NCBI GenBank assembly: GCA_030141605.1
Contig: JAQGDQ010000082.1
Coordinates: 372,001-436,000 of the forward strand
Direction of reading: 5' to 3'
DNA length: 64,000 nt
Origin: Tubiluchus corallicola
Taxonomy: Eukaryota > Animalia > Priapulida
Each line of letters starts with the position of its first letter. The first letter of the stretch is position 1. A model generated the notes under the pieces. The model was not told where the DNA came from, did not search any database, and was given only the letters and a program-made list of their open reading frames with translations. Position numbers and translations under genes: made by a program. Below are positions 62,001 to 64,000 of the stretch, piece after piece.

Positions 62001-62399
62001 CCCCTCCCCTAGGTCTCTACTCGGCAAGTGTTGTAATTCTAGGTACTATTGCTTGATCTATTCACTGTTATATTCGATGCCTAACACAATGATGAAAAGA
62101 AAAAATGTCAGTATACTCTTACAACCTGCTGCTCATGGATTAAAACTTTTGCAATTTCCTGGCTACTGTTAATGAACACCGTTACAGAACTTACCTGCAC
62201 CATGACACGCCTACACAATCCTGCTTTCACAAGTGATTTGGCCACCCATCTTGCTGCATAGGCAGCTGATCGATCGACCTTGGTGAAATCTTTGCCGGAA
62301 AATGCACCACCACCATGTGCACCCCAGCCGCCATACGTGTCGACAATGATTTTACGCCCTGTCAGACCAGCATCACCTTTCGGGCCTCCATCGATAAAT
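55922..62399 (-). CDS. MAT2A: S-adenosylmethionine synthase (methionine adenosyltransferase), 3' part; complement(join(55922..56024,61120..61253,62195..62399)); upstream exons not found in window
   Basis: Signature [53 protein letters not shown] and YGHFGR; GT-AG junctions in phase. Absent from the ORF track. The symbol marks the family (MAT1A/MAT2A/Sam-S homologue), not orthology. Confidence 0.95.
56168..56250 (+). mobile_element. Tc1/pogo-like MITE end remnant in the MAT terminal intron
   Basis: TA|CAGTCAAATCTTCTTATAC... resembles pogo/Tigger-type TIR starts; the second end was not found. Confidence 0.35.
56973..56978 (-). terminator. Putative poly(A) signal of the nested hAT-derived gene
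   Basis: AATAAA on the minus strand ~110 nt after the stop codon. Confidence 0.45.
57087..59216 (-). CDS. ZMYM1-like hAT-transposase-derived protein (TTF-type zinc finger, DUF4371-like region, hAT C-terminal dimerisation region), 709 aa, nested in a MAT intron
   Basis: Uninterrupted ORF with [45 protein letters not shown] and [20 protein letters not shown]...[10 protein letters not shown]. Confidence 0.88.
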   Translation of the reverse strand: MDAQLVQSLLNTHFDARDDTNKLEIIANGRPTPILQLEATYTKGSKKLKRYFNAPSVYKCEWICGCQTTNKLFCWPCLLFVSEKSVWNKYGYSDLNNLYTALKRHESSRQHLIACVQLKTFGRAPSEFHFGVQQRNAVRLHNEKACKNRDILQRVIRVICHIGEKQEQSVDRGYYVELLHLIGEYDPLLKQQLETSDVLTVTSDKFQADVLESVNSVLLSAIAKEIKTTPYIAILLDETSDVANKSQLSTVLQYVNNTGDVMEHFVGCAEFGNQKNAAAVFEHVKSTCLQFHCSPKHLVAVSYEGATVTAEKVLDLQKRVQEENPCTIFVHCYAQILNLILCGAASNINECKMFFKSLESISSFFCHLSNRSEFLQLIIKQRLPLVHPTYWDVSPRLVQILQENRVALNELFSVILDNPDDVDAASFSQARGFLQLLNDFQFQFLLKLYSELFNIVQVLFTVLQPKCYDAGCFIQQVKDCSDRIAAKISTFEQFWSEIEEIELGFTYEPVQKRAQVDSLKKDSRRLFYEVTDDVTQHLLARFPDNDKLQFAKLLDPQEFIRNQSNFPTGAMELLLKAFPDYFDRNQLQSELKAVYSSDIFQTNGVLNLCKTMYNLDLNDVFSQVCKLAALILTIPSSTVTVERSCRLKRIKRFTRNIQRDCCLSNLALISVEKQLLQYLRSSPDFFSLVTEEFLKKDDYTDFRYLDMVR
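59428..59733 (-). promoter_or_regulatory. Putative promoter of the nested hAT-derived gene
   Basis: E-box GTCACGTGAT (59428), X-box-like GTTACCATGG (59475) and ETS cores ACTTCCGG (59541) and CGGAAGTG (59726) cluster 200-520 bp upstream of the ATG. Motif evidence only. Confidence 0.4.
61120..61253 (-). CDS. MAT2A: MAT penultimate exon ([23 protein letters not shown])
   Basis: tttgctttag|ATT ... GTA AA|gtatgt. Confidence 0.95.
61570..61640. repeat. Degenerate (CAT)n repeat in a MAT intron
   Basis: Seen directly. Confidence 0.8.
62195..62399 (-). CDS. MAT2A: MAT internal exon ([26 protein letters not shown])
   Basis: ttctgtttcag|A ... GTGCAG|gtaagt; contains the MAT signature GGGAFSGKD. Confidence 0.96.
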
Positions 62400-64000
62400 C
62401 TGAAACAGAAAATTATGGGTTATGTGCAGAAAAAAGAAAGAGTGATGTATTAAATGCAATTTTGTGGCACCAACTCGGATGAATAAGTTTCACATCTACT
62501 TCTGTCATGTGAAGCAATATGCTAATGACAAAAGGCTTGCCAATTATTCGAACTTAAGAAGCTGACAGAGTTATTTAATTAGCTAATGATTTTCAAATTG
62601 TTACAAATGCTGTACATGTAACGATCTGATCATATCCTATGAAACAGAATGTCAGGAAGTTTCACAGAAGACAGGATGCCCCCCCTCCATTGCAGCAAGG
62701 CTGTAAGTCCAACACTAAACAAAATTCAAAGTCAAGAAATAACGGAACGGCACAGGTTATCACTTTATTCTAAAGCAACATTCACAAAAAGTTCACACGA
62801 TAATTCCCATCAACAAATCTCCATTTGAATTTTGAATCTCCGATGAAATTTGCACTGAAATCTGTAGGAAGTGCAATAACATATACCGTATATACCTTTT
62901 TTACAAGTCGACTGTATGTACAAGTCATTGTGCATTTTAAGACCAAAAATTGCATCATTTTATATATTACCTGTGTACAAGTCAACCATAAAATATTAAG
63001 ATCTTCCAGAGTAAATGATGTCAACAATGGCCGAGTAATAAATCAATAGCCTACTGTGTTAGTGTGTAAGATACGTGCAAGTGTCTGGGCCGAGTATATT
63101 ATATCTACCCGATGTATATATATATTCATGTTGAGTGCCCTCAATGCAATCCTTTGTGAAGAAGATAATGACTTCGAAGGCATTAAATAAAATCTTTTTA
63201 ATATTGAAAATATTTTCCATGTATTTGCATATTTAGATCTAGGCCTAGTATAAAACACAGTAAAGGAATATTGACTTTAGTAAACAGTATTAATTTTACA
63301 ATGATGCAATTAAATCTTGTGGTTCATCACCATCCCATTTGAAAAAAAATAATTTACTAAAATTAATACCTCTGCGTAGTTGTGTTTTATATATGCATGT
63401 ATGTTGGTAATCGATATTTTGCCAATAGAACACAACATTGGCGATTTCCATGTTCTGATCAAGTGCTCAGTCACTATATATATATAATATATAAATTTTA
63501 ACTTAAGTTCACATACATTAAAATAAATTACAGTAATATTTGTTAATTTTATGAAGTAATGTCAAGATGTGAACATTCTCTGAAGTGAAGTATCACAGTA
63601 TGAGTGTTCATTCAGTCCAGTGTATAATGAAGGATTATTTCTTTACATGTTCGTATTGTAGACGACTCTTTAGCGACGTCTCTCAAAAATGTATCGCAAG
63701 TATAAGTCGGCCCCAAAAATTTCACCTTAAAATCGCCTCCCAAAAATTCGACTTGTACATAAGCATATACGGTATAAAAAATCCTCGCCTTTAAAAAATA
63801 AAGATAAACATTCAACAAAGATTTAGGTTGACAATAAAAATACTTTTGTTTCCATCTAATAGCCTGGGTAATTTTTTTTTCATTTCACACCTGTTGGGAA
63901 TTTTATAGTTTTTTGTTCATTTATATACTTACCTAATGCAGTCATATAAAAGAGTATTGTTTTATACGTAAAATGCAATAATTATTACGATATTGTTGTG

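Noticed and set aside
62400-64000. Next upstream MAT exon (expected to end ...PSGR)
   Set aside because: Not found in the window; the short ORFs here show no MAT similarity and are treated as intronic.

Overview
AT-rich animal (probably invertebrate) nuclear DNA with GT-AG introns; the taxon cannot be fixed from sequence alone. Positions 1 to ~45 kb contain no gene I can recognise. They hold many microsatellites (the source of nearly all the long low-complexity ORFs), a ~3.1-kb TTAA-flanked long-TIR element (Sola3-like, non-autonomous), LINE/SINE/MITE remnants and small duplications. The last ~19 kb is a compact gene cluster: an intronless-CDS ALG9 (+), a 7-coding-exon PTER (+), and the last three exons of an S-adenosylmethionine synthase (MAT, -) lying tail-to-tail with PTER. 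The main finding is an intact 709-aa hAT-transposase-derived (ZMYM1-like) ORF with degenerate catalytic motifs. It is nested in the sense orientation inside the terminal MAT intron, which appears to be the positional equivalent of the SAM-regulated retained intron of mammalian MAT2A, and it has its own putative poly(A) signal and promoter-like motifs. Also notable are a frame-preserving partial duplicate of PTER exon 5 and the possibility that ALG9 is itself nested in the first PTER intron.
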